Origin: Candidatus Sericytochromatia bacterium
GTDB lineage: Bacteria > Cyanobacteriota > Sericytochromatia > S15B-MN24 > UBA4093
Direction: 5' to 3'
NCBI GenBank assembly: GCA_036676985.1
Contig: JAKFBU010000023.1
Coordinates: 128,001 to 192,000 of the forward strand
Length of the DNA: 64,000 bases
Numbering within the stretch: position 1 is the first letter of the stretch; each line of letters begins with the position of its first letter. This document shows, one piece after another, positions 38,414 through 47,480 of this stretch. The position numbers were made by a program, and so were the translations under genes. Under the pieces are notes generated by a model that worked only from the letters and a program-made list of their open reading frames with translations, made no database searches and was not told the DNA's origin.

Positions 38414-39808
38414 TCAACGCTTGGGACCGAACGGGAAGTTGCCCCCGGGGAAGTTGCCCCCCATGCCGGGCGGCATTTTCGGCATCCGTTTGCCCATTTG
38501 CTTCTCGAACTTGCCGAACTGCTTCATCATGCTCCGCATATTCTCGAAGTCCTTGAGCAACTTGTTGACGTCGGGGACGGTCGTCCCCGAGCCGTTCGCG
38601 ATCCGCCGCTTGCGCGACATGTCGATGATCTTGGGGTTGCGCCGCTCCTTGGCGGTCATCGAGTTGATGATGGTCTCGATGCGCTTGAGCTGCTTCTCGC
38701 CCTCGGCGAGCTGCTCCTTGGAGATGTCGACGCCGAGCATCTTGCCGATGGGCAGCATCTCGAAGATCTGGCTCATGGAGCCGAGCTTCTTGACCTGGCG
38801 CATCTGGGCGACGAAGTCCTCCAGGTCGAACTCGGCCTTGCGGAACTTCTGCTCCAGGCGCTTGGCCTCGGCCTCGTCGATGGTCTCCTGGGCGCGCTCG
38901 ATGAGCGTGAGCACGTCGCCCATGCCGAGGATGCGGGTCGCGATGCGATCGGGATGGAAGGGCTCCAGGGCGTCGAGCTTCTCGCCGGCGCCCGCGAACT
39001 TGATGGGGCGGCCCGTGACCTGCTTGACCGAGAGGGCCGCGCCGCCGCGGGTGTCGCCGTCGAGCTTGGTGAGCACCACGCCCGTGATGTCGAGCGCCTG
39101 GTGGAAGCTCTCGGCGATCTTGACCGCGTCCTGGCCCGTCATGGCATCGACCACCAGGAGGATCTCCTGCGGGTGCAACGTGGCCTTGAGGCGGCGGATC
39201 TCGTCCATCATGGACTCGTCGACGTGCAGGCGGCCCGCGGTGTCGACGATGACGTAGTCCTTGCCGTTGGTCTTGGCGTGCTGGACGGCCTCGGTGGCGA
39301 TCGCCACGGGGTCCGTGGAGCCTTCCTTGAGGAAGACGGGGATGTTGATCTGCTTGCCGAGGACCTCGAGCTGCTTCATGGCGGCGGGCCGGTAGACGTC
39401 CGCTGCGACCAGCAAGGGGTTGCGGCCCTTCTTGCGCAGGTAGAGCGCGAGCTTGCCGGAGGTCGTGGTCTTGCCGGAGCCCTGCAGACCGGCCATCAGG
39501 ATGACGGTGGGACCCGGATGGGCCTCGGCCAGGGGGGCGCGCTCGCCGCCCAGGAGCTCCACCAGCTCGTCGTTGACGATCTTGATGAACTGCTGACCGG
39601 GGTTGAGGCCCTGCATGACCTCGACGCCGAGGGCCTTCTCCTTGACCTTGGAGACGAACTCCTTGACGACCGCCAGGCTGACGTCGGCCTCCAGGAGGGC
39701 ACGACGAACCTCGCGCAGGGCCTCCGAGATGTTTTCCTCGGTGATCTTGCCCTGCCCGCGCAGCTTCTTGAAGACGTCTTGAAGCTTATCGCTCAGCGAT
39801 TCGAACAT
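38414..39808 (-). CDS. ffh: signal recognition particle protein
   Basis: [20 protein letters not shown], Met-rich M domain. Confidence 0.98.
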   Translation of the reverse strand: MFESLSDKLQDVFKKLRGQGKITEENISEALREVRRALLEADVSLAVVKEFVSKVKEKALGVEVMQGLNPGQQFIKIVNDELVELLGGERAPLAEAHPGPTVILMAGLQGSGKTTTSGKLALYLRKKGRNPLLVAADVYRPAAMKQLEVLGKQINIPVFLKEGSTDPVAIATEAVQHAKTNGKDYVIVDTAGRLHVDESMMDEIRRLKATLHPQEILLVVDAMTGQDAVKIAESFHQALDITGVVLTKLDGDTRGGAALSVKQVTGRPIKFAGAGEKLDALEPFHPDRIATRILGMGDVLTLIERAQETIDEAEAKRLEQKFRKAEFDLEDFVAQMRQVKKLGSMSQIFEMLPIGKMLGVDISKEQLAEGEKQLKRIETIINSMTAKERRNPKIIDMSRKRRIANGSGTTVPDVNKLLKDFENMRSMMKQFGKFEKQMGKRMPKMPPGMGGNFPGGNFPFGPKR

Positions 39809-40006
39809 GTGACTCCGCAGCCTTCCGAGCCCGCGGGGCCCGGAAAATTCTTAGCCAAGATTTAACAGTATAGCCGAGACGAGGGGGTGGCGTCAATTTG
39901 GCGTGACCGGTTGCACGCCGAGCCAGCCTGGGCACGCCCCACAAAACCAGGCATGGGTCGTCGATGGCCGCCATCAGCCGGCAAAGGAACAGTTTCGTGC
40001 GACGTG

Positions 40007-40999
40007 CTACTCCTCTTCGTCGCTCAGGGGCACGACGAGAACGTCACGCTTGGCCATCGACAAGAGGCCGCGCACCATCTTGCTCGTCACGTGCAGCTGG
40101 AGGGCCGTGATCTGGTCGATGTCGGCGTAGGACGGGGGCGGCTCCACGGGCTCCAGGTCGGCCGGGCGGACGGAGCGCAGCTCCTTGGTGCTCTTGACCC
40201 GCTTGGGCCAGAAGCGATCGCATGCCTCGATGAGCTTGGCCGAGTTCTCATGGGAGAAGTCGGCGAGGGCGCTGGCTGCGACCTCGGGATCGAAGACGTC
40301 CCCCGGCTCCGCGTCCTGGATGGCGCCGATCCACTTGCCCTTGCCCTTGCCGGCCTGCTTGCGCAGGTGATGGCTGACGAAGGCCTCGTAGTGGTAGTGC
40401 ACGTTGGATGCGAGGGTCGTGAGGCCCTGGAGGTTGAACTTGGCGTCCCAGATGTAGCTCAGGCGCATGGGGTTGGTGTGGTAGGGCTGTCCCATGTCCT
40501 CCAGGTAGTGGATGGAGCGGGCCAGGTACCGGAAGCCCCAGTAGGGATCATGCTTGCGAAAGGCGATCCGGGCGAGCTCGTAGTTGGCCTTGGCCCGCTT
40601 GGGGGCCTCGCCCACCTCGAGGGCGCCGCGCAGGAAGTGGTAGCACTGGTGGCGGTAGCCCTTGCTGCCGCCCGCGAGCGTCTGCAGCGGTGAGACCTCG
40701 AGCTTCTCGTCCATGCCCCAGTCGGGCTCGTCGACGTAGCGGATCAGGATCTCGCGCGCGTTGGTGGACTCACCGACGAGCTTGTCGATGTAGAGGGGCT
40801 TGAAGTCGGGGTTGAGGCCCTTGTCCACGTTCTCGTAGGTCCACTTGGTGACCTTGATGTTGCGGTAGGCGTTGAGCCAGGTGACCGGGCGCAGGATCTC
40901 GCGCGTGAGCAAGTCGTGGTCGGCCCATGCCAAAGCCGGCGTGGGGGTGAGCAGCGCCATGGCGAGAGCCAGGGCGACTAGCGGGCGCTGAAAGGTCAT
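40007..40999 (-). CDS. exported Zn-dependent phospholipase C / S1-P1 nuclease family protein
   Basis: signal peptide then mature N-terminal W...H; EPD; HYLEDMGQPYH; HYHYE. Confidence 0.75.
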   Translation of the reverse strand: MTFQRPLVALALAMALLTPTPALAWADHDLLTREILRPVTWLNAYRNIKVTKWTYENVDKGLNPDFKPLYIDKLVGESTNAREILIRYVDEPDWGMDEKLEVSPLQTLAGGSKGYRHQCYHFLRGALEVGEAPKRAKANYELARIAFRKHDPYWGFRYLARSIHYLEDMGQPYHTNPMRLSYIWDAKFNLQGLTTLASNVHYHYEAFVSHHLRKQAGKGKGKWIGAIQDAEPGDVFDPEVAASALADFSHENSAKLIEACDRFWPKRVKSTKELRSVRPADLEPVEPPPSYADIDQITALQLHVTSKMVRGLLSMAKRDVLVVPLSDEEE

Positions 41000-41116
41000 G
41001 ACACCTCGTCCGGTGGGAAAACAGGCAAGCCGGAAAGATTATGCCACAAACCGGGTCGGTTGAACCCACCAAAGGCAAAGGGGCCCCTTTCGGGGCCCCC
41101 CATCGGTCGGAAGGGG

Positions 41117-41617
41117 CTAGTTGCCGAAGCGCGAGACGCGCTTCACCTGGTTCAGGGCGTCGACGATGATGGTCTGCATCTGGTTGGCGATCTCGCGCTG
41201 CCGGTGGACGTTGCCGGTGTTGGACCACTGGTAGCGCAGGTCCTCGTAGCGCTGGCAGGCACGGTCGGCGAGGTCGAAGACCTGGCGCGAGTTGTAGCCA
41301 TGGCCGCCCTGCTCGGCGGAGACGGCGTCGCGGACGTCGGCGAGGCCACGTGCCAGGACGGCGAGCATCTCGTCCTCGATGCGATCCTTCTCGGCGTCGC
41401 TGTAGGCGCGCAGCCAGCGATCGCGCAGGCGGTCGTAGCGGTCGAGGGTGTCGCCGGCGAGCTTCTTGGCGCGGCTGACGGACCAGAAGTCCTGGCCCTC
41501 GACGGTCTCGCTGGTGGTCGCGGACTTGATGCCCGTGGTGGCGCCGGGGGTGACGCCGCAGCCCGCCAGGAAGGTCAAGGCCATCATGAGGGCGACGAGG
41601 ACGGGGGCGAACTTCAT
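41117..41617 (-). CDS. lipoprotein with two internal helical repeats
   Basis: AGGAGG RBS, lipobox LAGC. Confidence 0.75.
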   Translation of the reverse strand: MKFAPVLVALMMALTFLAGCGVTPGATTGIKSATTSETVEGQDFWSVSRAKKLAGDTLDRYDRLRDRWLRAYSDAEKDRIEDEMLAVLARGLADVRDAVSAEQGGHGYNSRQVFDLADRACQRYEDLRYQWSNTGNVHRQREIANQMQTIIVDALNQVKRVSRFGN

Positions 41618-41777
41618 AGCAGCGGACCTCCTGTTGAGCGGGCACAACTTTAACATGAGGTTTATCCATCGTTAACTTGGCGTAAAATCTTATGAACTAG
41701 CTAACTAGTGATTAAGAATCAGTAAAGACCAGCTGCTTGATGGGGGGTAGATCCGTCGCCACTCCCGGCAGAACGAA

Positions 41778-41808
41778 CCGCGGGCCCGCTTTCGAGCGGG
41801 CCCGCGGC
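41778..41808 (-). terminator. hairpin
   Basis: CCGCGGGCCCGCT-TTCG-AGCGGGCCCGCGG. Confidence 0.65.
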
Positions 41809-41825
41809 CGTGAAGGGTGAGTTTC

Positions 41826-43010
41826 CTAGTCGTTGACCGCGCTGTTGAGCAGCATCGGAACCTCGGCAGCCACGCGGCGGATGACGTCGGCGTTGTAGTC
41901 CACGTCCTCCTGGGTGTCGGGATAGCGCAGACCGGGCACCGGGTTGGTCCCGAGGTAGGTGCCGTAGTCGCCCATGTAGTCCGCCTGCCAGTAGAGGCGC
42001 GAGATCTTGTCCGAGATGACCTGGTTCGCCATCCGGTTGAACTCGGCGGTGCTCATGTCCGGGTTGTTGTGCCACCGGGTGGCGATCTCGCGCTGGGTCG
42101 AGGACTGGTTGTACACGTTCATCGCCGTGATGAGGTTGCGGTTGAAGGAGCGGCCGCCGGCGCTGACCAGGTAGTTGTTCATCGTGAGGCGGTTGGTGTC
42201 GTAGATCGAGTTGAACGCCGGCATGTTGCCGATGCGACGCTGGAGATCCTGCTCGACCCAGCTATCCACCCGGCGATCGTAGGCACGGTTCTCTTCGGTC
42301 TGCAAATCGCCGCGCTTCTGCTCGCGGACCGACGGCAACAGGCTGTCGAGCTCCTTGGCGCTCTTGATCTCCTTGTACTTGCTGGCCGAGTTCATGCCGC
42401 CGTCCGGCGCGAGGAAGATGGACTGACCGTTTGCGAGCCGCGACTTGGCCTCGGTGGCGTCCAGCTTGGGATGGGTCGTGATGAAGAGGGTCTTCTTCTT
42501 CTCACGCAGCCGGCCGTAATCGCCCAGCAGCGAGAACACGTCGCTAGAGACCTCGCTCAGCTCGACCTTGCGGGCAGGGGCCGGAGCGGGCGGAAGCGCG
42601 ATCTGGGGCACCGGACGCGGATCGCTGCGCAGGATGATCGGGAACTCGGGCTGCCAGTAGTAGCGCGGCTCGTGCACCGCCGGAGGCGTGGGACGGTCGT
42701 ACCCACCGGTCGACGGAGGAGTGGGGCGATCGTAGCCGCCCGTCGAAGGAGGCGTAGGCCGGTCGTACCCGCCGGTCGAAGGAGGCGTGGGACGCGAGGT
42801 CGAGGGCGGAGTGGGGCGCGAGGTCGACGGAGGCGTCGGGCGCGAGGTGGAGTAGTCGTCGCGGCTGGAGGAAGGAGGAGCCGGACGCGAGCTGGAGCCG
42901 GTGGAAGGAGGAGCGGGACGGCTGGTCGTCGAACCACCGGTGCTGGGGGGAGCCGGACGGCTGGTGGACGGGGGGGTCGGACGGCCGGTGGTCGAGTTGG
43001 TCGAGGACAT
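41826..43010 (-). CDS. orphan protein with N-terminal RP(T/A)PP repeats
   Basis: AAGGAGG RBS; 10 RP(T/A)PP units then a globular Asn/Tyr-rich domain. Confidence 0.75.
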   Translation of the reverse strand: MSSTNSTTGRPTPPSTSRPAPPSTGGSTTSRPAPPSTGSSSRPAPPSSSRDDYSTSRPTPPSTSRPTPPSTSRPTPPSTGGYDRPTPPSTGGYDRPTPPSTGGYDRPTPPAVHEPRYYWQPEFPIILRSDPRPVPQIALPPAPAPARKVELSEVSSDVFSLLGDYGRLREKKKTLFITTHPKLDATEAKSRLANGQSIFLAPDGGMNSASKYKEIKSAKELDSLLPSVREQKRGDLQTEENRAYDRRVDSWVEQDLQRRIGNMPAFNSIYDTNRLTMNNYLVSAGGRSFNRNLITAMNVYNQSSTQREIATRWHNNPDMSTAEFNRMANQVISDKISRLYWQADYMGDYGTYLGTNPVPGLRYPDTQEDVDYNADVIRRVAAEVPMLLNSAVND

Positions 43011-43146
43011 CGCGGAAACCTCCTTCAAGGTTGTTCATCGCATCAAAGTGTTGTTAAGCAAGTTATGGTCCGGCGACGTGGCAACTTTCTTAAGGAATAG
43101 TTATGCTTCGAGTAAGAAACGTTTAACTGCACGATTTCAGCGGGTC

Positions 43147-43173
43147 GGGAACCTTCCGGGGCCGCTCGGAGTC
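43147..43173 (+). promoter_or_regulatory. ECF (sigmaE-type) promoter, probably autoregulatory
   Basis: GGGAACCTT-N13-GAGTC, with the same motif and spacing at 45276-45302. Confidence 0.75.
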
Positions 43174-43193
43174 TCGTGGTATAAGGGTGAGGC

Positions 43194-43781
43194 ATGAACT
43201 CCAACGCAGCCGACGAACGACAACTCATCCTGCGCTACCAGCGAGGCGACCAGAGCGCCGCGGAGGCGATCTTCCGCCTGTACCACCCGATGGTCCACGG
43301 GCTGGCCAGTCGCATGCTGGGCGCAGGCGGAGACGTCGAGGATGCGGTGCAGGAGGTGTTCATCCGCGCCTTTCGGGGTTTGAAGACCTTCCGGGGGGAG
43401 AGCTCGCTCAAGACCTGGCTCTACCGCGTGGCCACCAACGTCTGCCTGACGTATGCAGACAAGGCCAAGCGACAGCAGCACGTCGAGAGCCTCGACGATC
43501 CGCTCGGAGAGGAGGGCTCCGAGACCAAGGGCAGCCTCATCGCGTCGGGCGACCGGCTTCCCGAAGAGGAGATCCTGGGCCAGGAGCTCGGCTCCAAGAT
43601 CCAGGCGGCCCTGGACCACCTGAGCCCCGAGTTCCGGGCGGTCCTGGTGCTCAGGGACGTGGAGGGCCTCTCCTACGAGGAGGTCGCGGCCACCACCGGG
43701 GCCAACCTGGGGACCGTCAAGTCGCGCCTCGCCCGGGCCCGCGCCCAGGCGATGAAGTGGTTGAAGGAGTATCTGGCATGA
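43194..43781 (+). CDS. rpoE: ECF RNA polymerase sigma factor
   Basis: EDAVQEVF, TWLYRVATN, LSYEEVA, GTVKSRLARAR. Confidence 0.93.
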   Translation: MNSNAADERQLILRYQRGDQSAAEAIFRLYHPMVHGLASRMLGAGGDVEDAVQEVFIRAFRGLKTFRGESSLKTWLYRVATNVCLTYADKAKRQQHVESLDDPLGEEGSETKGSLIASGDRLPEEEILGQELGSKIQAALDHLSPEFRAVLVLRDVEGLSYEEVAATTGANLGTVKSRLARARAQAMKWLKEYLA

Positions 43782-44260
43782 GAAAGGAGAGCGCGCCGAT
43801 GGAGTGTGGCAGTTTCCAGTTGCTGCTCTCGGCCTACGTCGACGATCAGCTCGCACCGGACGAGGTGTGGAGCGTGCACGCCCACCTGATGCGCTGTCCC
43901 AACTGTGCATCGTACCTCACACAGCTCTCCACCACCGTCCATGCCCTGCGCTCCCTGCCGCCGGTGGTGCCCACCCATGACTCGTGGGAGGCCGTCTGCT
44001 TCACCTTGCGTCGCGAGGGCCTGGTGCGCCCCTGGTGGGCCCGCCCCCGTCCCTGGAGCGTCGGAGCCGCCACCGCGGGCATCCTGGTCGCGATCTACGC
44101 CTATTCGGCGCTGCGCCCCCAGCCCCAGTACGCGAACCTCGACGCCTACTGGCGCGAGCATGCCATCTTCACCTCGCAGGAGGAGCCCGTCTACTCCCAC
44201 GGCGCCCCCGCCCTGGAAGCCATGGAGGCCACCTACCAGCTCCAAGGGGTGACTCCTTGA
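43778..44260 (+). CDS. zinc-binding anti-sigma factor (zf-HC2) with TM helix
   Basis: LSAYVDDQL, HLMRCPNC; start could be 43799. Confidence 0.85.
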   Translation: MRKESAPMECGSFQLLLSAYVDDQLAPDEVWSVHAHLMRCPNCASYLTQLSTTVHALRSLPPVVPTHDSWEAVCFTLRREGLVRPWWARPRPWSVGAATAGILVAIYAYSALRPQPQYANLDAYWREHAIFTSQEEPVYSHGAPALEAMEATYQLQGVTP

Positions 44261-45255
44261 TGTCACGGCTCTTCCTGGCAACTCTCCTGGCCACCACCTC
44301 GCCCCTGCTCGAGCTTCCCGCCGCCTTCGCTGCCCCCGTCACCTTCGAGCGGCTCGTCGCCGCGAGTCAGGTGCCCTACACCGGCGAGCTCGTCGTCAAC
44401 GGCAAGACCGTCCTGCGCGTCACGCACGGCCCGGGCGATCGCCGCCGCAACGAGGTCCTCGCGCCGGTAGGCATGCGTGGCGAGGTGATCGTGGACAACG
44501 GCAAGACCCGCTGGCACCATTCCCCTCGCACCAGCCAGGTGGATATCGCTCCGTCCGAGATGGGCTACAAGCGCCCGATCATGAGCGCGCGCCTCATGGA
44601 GCGCAACTTCAAGCTCCACGTGATCCGCCAGGACAAGGTCGCGGGCCGATCCGTCACGGTGGTGGATATCCTGCCCCGCCATGCGGGCCGCCCCTCGCAG
44701 CGGCTCTGGATGGATCAGGCCACGGGCCTCCCCTTGCGGGTCGAGCGTCGTTCGCCACAGGGCACCCTCCTGGGTCGCAGCGAGTTCCGCTCCATCGAGT
44801 TCCCCGCCAAGCTTCCGGCGGACGCCTTCGAGTTCGCCCTGCCGCCGCGGGCGCGGGTCTCCTCGTCGGTGCAGATGATCGCGACGGGCAGCACCATCGC
44901 CGACCTCAAGACTCCCGTGCCCTTCCCCATCAAGATGCCCAGCTACCTGCCCGCGGGCTTCGAGGTGGTGACGGTGCACCTGTTCGAGAACAAGGGAGTT
45001 CGCTCGGTCCACTGGCGCCTCAGCGACGGGCTCGACATGCTGTCCCTGTTCCAGACCGATCGCGCCAACAAGGCCCAGCGACCGCCCGGGGCCCACGACG
45101 TGGCGATCGCCAACTCCCAGGGCTTCATCGTCGGTCAGGGCTCGCACCACATGCTCTGCTGGGATACGCCGAACGGCGCCTTCACCCTGGTCGGAGATCT
45201 CACGGAGGCTGAGCTGACCCGCATCGCGGCCTCCACCACGACCCAGCGAAAGTAG
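44260..45255 (+). CDS. RseB/MucB-like periplasmic regulator
   Basis: signal peptide, VAGR, LWMDQATGLPLR LolA-like fold, SDGLDMLSLFQ. Confidence 0.8.
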   Translation: MSRLFLATLLATTSPLLELPAAFAAPVTFERLVAASQVPYTGELVVNGKTVLRVTHGPGDRRRNEVLAPVGMRGEVIVDNGKTRWHHSPRTSQVDIAPSEMGYKRPIMSARLMERNFKLHVIRQDKVAGRSVTVVDILPRHAGRPSQRLWMDQATGLPLRVERRSPQGTLLGRSEFRSIEFPAKLPADAFEFALPPRARVSSSVQMIATGSTIADLKTPVPFPIKMPSYLPAGFEVVTVHLFENKGVRSVHWRLSDGLDMLSLFQTDRANKAQRPPGAHDVAIANSQGFIVGQGSHHMLCWDTPNGAFTLVGDLTEAELTRIAASTTTQRK

Positions 45256-45275
45256 GCATGCGTCTCCTCGATCTA

Positions 45276-45302
45276 GGGAACCTTTTTCGAGCCCTCCGAG
45301 TC
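45276..45302 (+). promoter_or_regulatory. second ECF promoter, upstream of the small ORF and htrA
   Basis: GGGAACCTT-N13-GAGTC. Confidence 0.75.
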
Positions 45303-45332
45303 ATATCAACAGAACGGTAAACAGGAGGACCC

Positions 45333-45524
45333 ATGGACCCCGGATCGACCCAGCCGGATCCCCGCCAAGCGGCCTCGGATCCCGCACCCACCTACCTCGA
45401 GTTCTACCTGACGGACGGCAGCCTGGCCCAGGCCGGCACCAGCTTCACCCTGGTTCCCCGGCGCCCGGAAGGCAAGCCCGTACGCCGCTTCCGTCGGATC
45501 GGCTCCCTCTCCATTTCCGCATAG
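45333..45524 (+). CDS. 63-aa hypothetical protein
   Basis: AGGAGG RBS; sits between the ECF promoter and htrA. Confidence 0.55.
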   Translation: MDPGSTQPDPRQAASDPAPTYLEFYLTDGSLAQAGTSFTLVPRRPEGKPVRRFRRIGSLSISA

Positions 45525-45544
45525 TCTTGAAAGGAGTCTCATCC

Positions 45545-46717
45545 ATGCGTAAGCGTGTGCTGCCCGCCCTGCTCAGCGTCGCCCTCGGCGTCGGGGGCGG
45601 GGCCGTGGGCGCCGGTGTGGTCATGATGGCCCAGCCCGCCGTCGAGACGAAGCCCGCCTATGCCAACCCCATGATCGGTCAGCCCGTCGCCAAGGGCGGC
45701 GAGGAGATCGCCGACCTGGTCGAGCGCGTGGGACCCGCGGTCGTCAACATCGACACCGTGAGCCGCCGCCAGGTCCCCCAGATGATGATGAACCCCTTCA
45801 GCCTCGAGGACTTCTTCAACGGAGGCCCCTCGTTCCAGCGCCGCCAGCAGAGCGTGCAGCAGAAGGGCGTCGGCACGGGCTTCATCATCCGCGAGAACGG
45901 CCTCATCGTCACCAACAACCACGTGGTGGCAGGCGCCTCCGAGCTCTACGTGACCCTGCCCGACGGACGCAAGTTCAAGGGCAAGCTAGTGGGCACCGAC
46001 CCCGGAACGGACCTGGCGCTCGTGAAGGTCGATGCCAAGGGCCTGCCCTCCTTGAAGCTGGCAGACCCCAAGAGCCTGCGCGTCGGCCAGTGGACGGTGG
46101 CCATCGGTAGCCCGCTCGGCCTCCAGCACTCGGTGACAGCCGGCCTCCTGAGCGCCATGGGCCGCGAGGTCTCGCTGAACAACCGCGTCAACTTCCTGCA
46201 GACGAGCGCGCCCATCAATCCCGGCAACTCGGGCGGCCCGCTGCTCAACATGCAGGGCGAGGTGATCGGCGTGAACACGGCGGTGGCCGCGCGCGCCCAG
46301 GGCATCGGCTTCGCGGTGCCCGTGGAAACGGTCCTGCGCGTGGTCCCGCAGCTCGAGGCCAACGGCAAGGTGGATCGGGCCTGGCTCGGCGTCGGTCTGC
46401 GCGACCTGCCCGAGGACCGGCAGGCCATGTTCTACCCGACGGACTCCGGGGTGATCATCGCCCAGGTGGACCCGCGCGGGCCGTCTGCCAAGGCCGGCCT
46501 GCTCGAGGGGGATGTGGTCCTGCAGCTCAACGGCAAGGACCTCAAGAACGCCCATGATCTCATCGTCGCCGTCAACGCCATGAAGGTCGGCGAGAAGGTC
46601 TCCTTGCTCGTGAGCCGCGAGGGCCAGAAGAAGACCCTGCAGATCACGCTCGGCCAGATGCCCGCGCGCCTGGCGGAGGCCTCCAACCAGCAGCAGATGC
46701 CCGAAGAAGGCGAATAG
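45545..46717 (+). CDS. htrA: HtrA/DegP-family serine protease, one PDZ domain
   Basis: TNNHV, DLAL, NPGNSGGP catalytic triad; PDZ. Confidence 0.93.
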   Translation: MRKRVLPALLSVALGVGGGAVGAGVVMMAQPAVETKPAYANPMIGQPVAKGGEEIADLVERVGPAVVNIDTVSRRQVPQMMMNPFSLEDFFNGGPSFQRRQQSVQQKGVGTGFIIRENGLIVTNNHVVAGASELYVTLPDGRKFKGKLVGTDPGTDLALVKVDAKGLPSLKLADPKSLRVGQWTVAIGSPLGLQHSVTAGLLSAMGREVSLNNRVNFLQTSAPINPGNSGGPLLNMQGEVIGVNTAVAARAQGIGFAVPVETVLRVVPQLEANGKVDRAWLGVGLRDLPEDRQAMFYPTDSGVIIAQVDPRGPSAKAGLLEGDVVLQLNGKDLKNAHDLIVAVNAMKVGEKVSLLVSREGQKKTLQITLGQMPARLAEASNQQQMPEEGE

Positions 46718-46793
46718 CCTCGACAAAGCTCCGTTCCAATGCCACACTGCGGGGGAGTAGCCACTCCCCCGCAGTGCCGTTGAGAGGATCCTC

Positions 46794-47453
46794 GTGAAGC
46801 GCCTGACCCTCACCCTGGCCATAACGGCCACCCTGGCCACCCCCGCGCATGCCGCCTACCTCAGCGACTACGAGATCGGTACGGTGCGCGCCGTCAACTC
46901 CTTCGGGGCTCCCTTTCTGGACGGGGGCATGGGGCTCTTCTCCAACAACGCCTTCGTGATCGGAGCTCCCCTCCTGCTCTCGGTGGCGTCGGCGCCCGAC
47001 AACATGTCCGGCCCCATCCTGGTGCTCGCCGCCGAAGGCCTCGCCTACGGCGCCCAGGCCGCCCTGAAGCCCCTCTTCAACCGTCCGCGCCCTTACCAGA
47101 CGTATCCGGACCTGCGCACGCCCAATGGCGTGCTGGAGCACGACCTGCTGTCGTTCCCGTCGGGCCATGCGGCCGTGAGCTTCGCGGCGGCGACGGCGCT
47201 GGCCGACTACAACCCGGCCCTCGCCTGGCCGGCGTACGGGCTCGCGGCGCTTATCAGCTACTCGCGGATCTACAACGGGATGCACTACCCGTCGGACGTG
47301 CTGGCCGGAGCGCTGGTCGGCTTCGGCGTAGGCAAGTTCACGCGCTGGGGGTTGGACCAGATCAACGGGCGCTACGGCTTCCCGACCCTCGCCATGCAGC
47401 CCACCGCGGCCTTCGGGGATGGGTACGTGCTGGGATTCTCGCGCAAGTTCTAG
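46794..47453 (+). CDS. PAP2 family phosphatase
   Basis: K-x6-RP, SFPSGH, SRIYNGMHYPSD. Confidence 0.9.
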   Translation: MKRLTLTLAITATLATPAHAAYLSDYEIGTVRAVNSFGAPFLDGGMGLFSNNAFVIGAPLLLSVASAPDNMSGPILVLAAEGLAYGAQAALKPLFNRPRPYQTYPDLRTPNGVLEHDLLSFPSGHAAVSFAAATALADYNPALAWPAYGLAALISYSRIYNGMHYPSDVLAGALVGFGVGKFTRWGLDQINGRYGFPTLAMQPTAAFGDGYVLGFSRKF

Positions 47454-47480
47454 CTGTTGGAATAAGGAAGCGTTCGCCCC

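Noticed and set aside
39810-40000. SRP RNA or riboswitch near ffh
   Set aside because: No SRP domain IV motif or recognisable aptamer seen on either strand
42680-42985. Class I SH3-ligand mimicry by RPTPPST
   Set aside because: Contains PxxP but does not fit RxxPxxP; insufficient support
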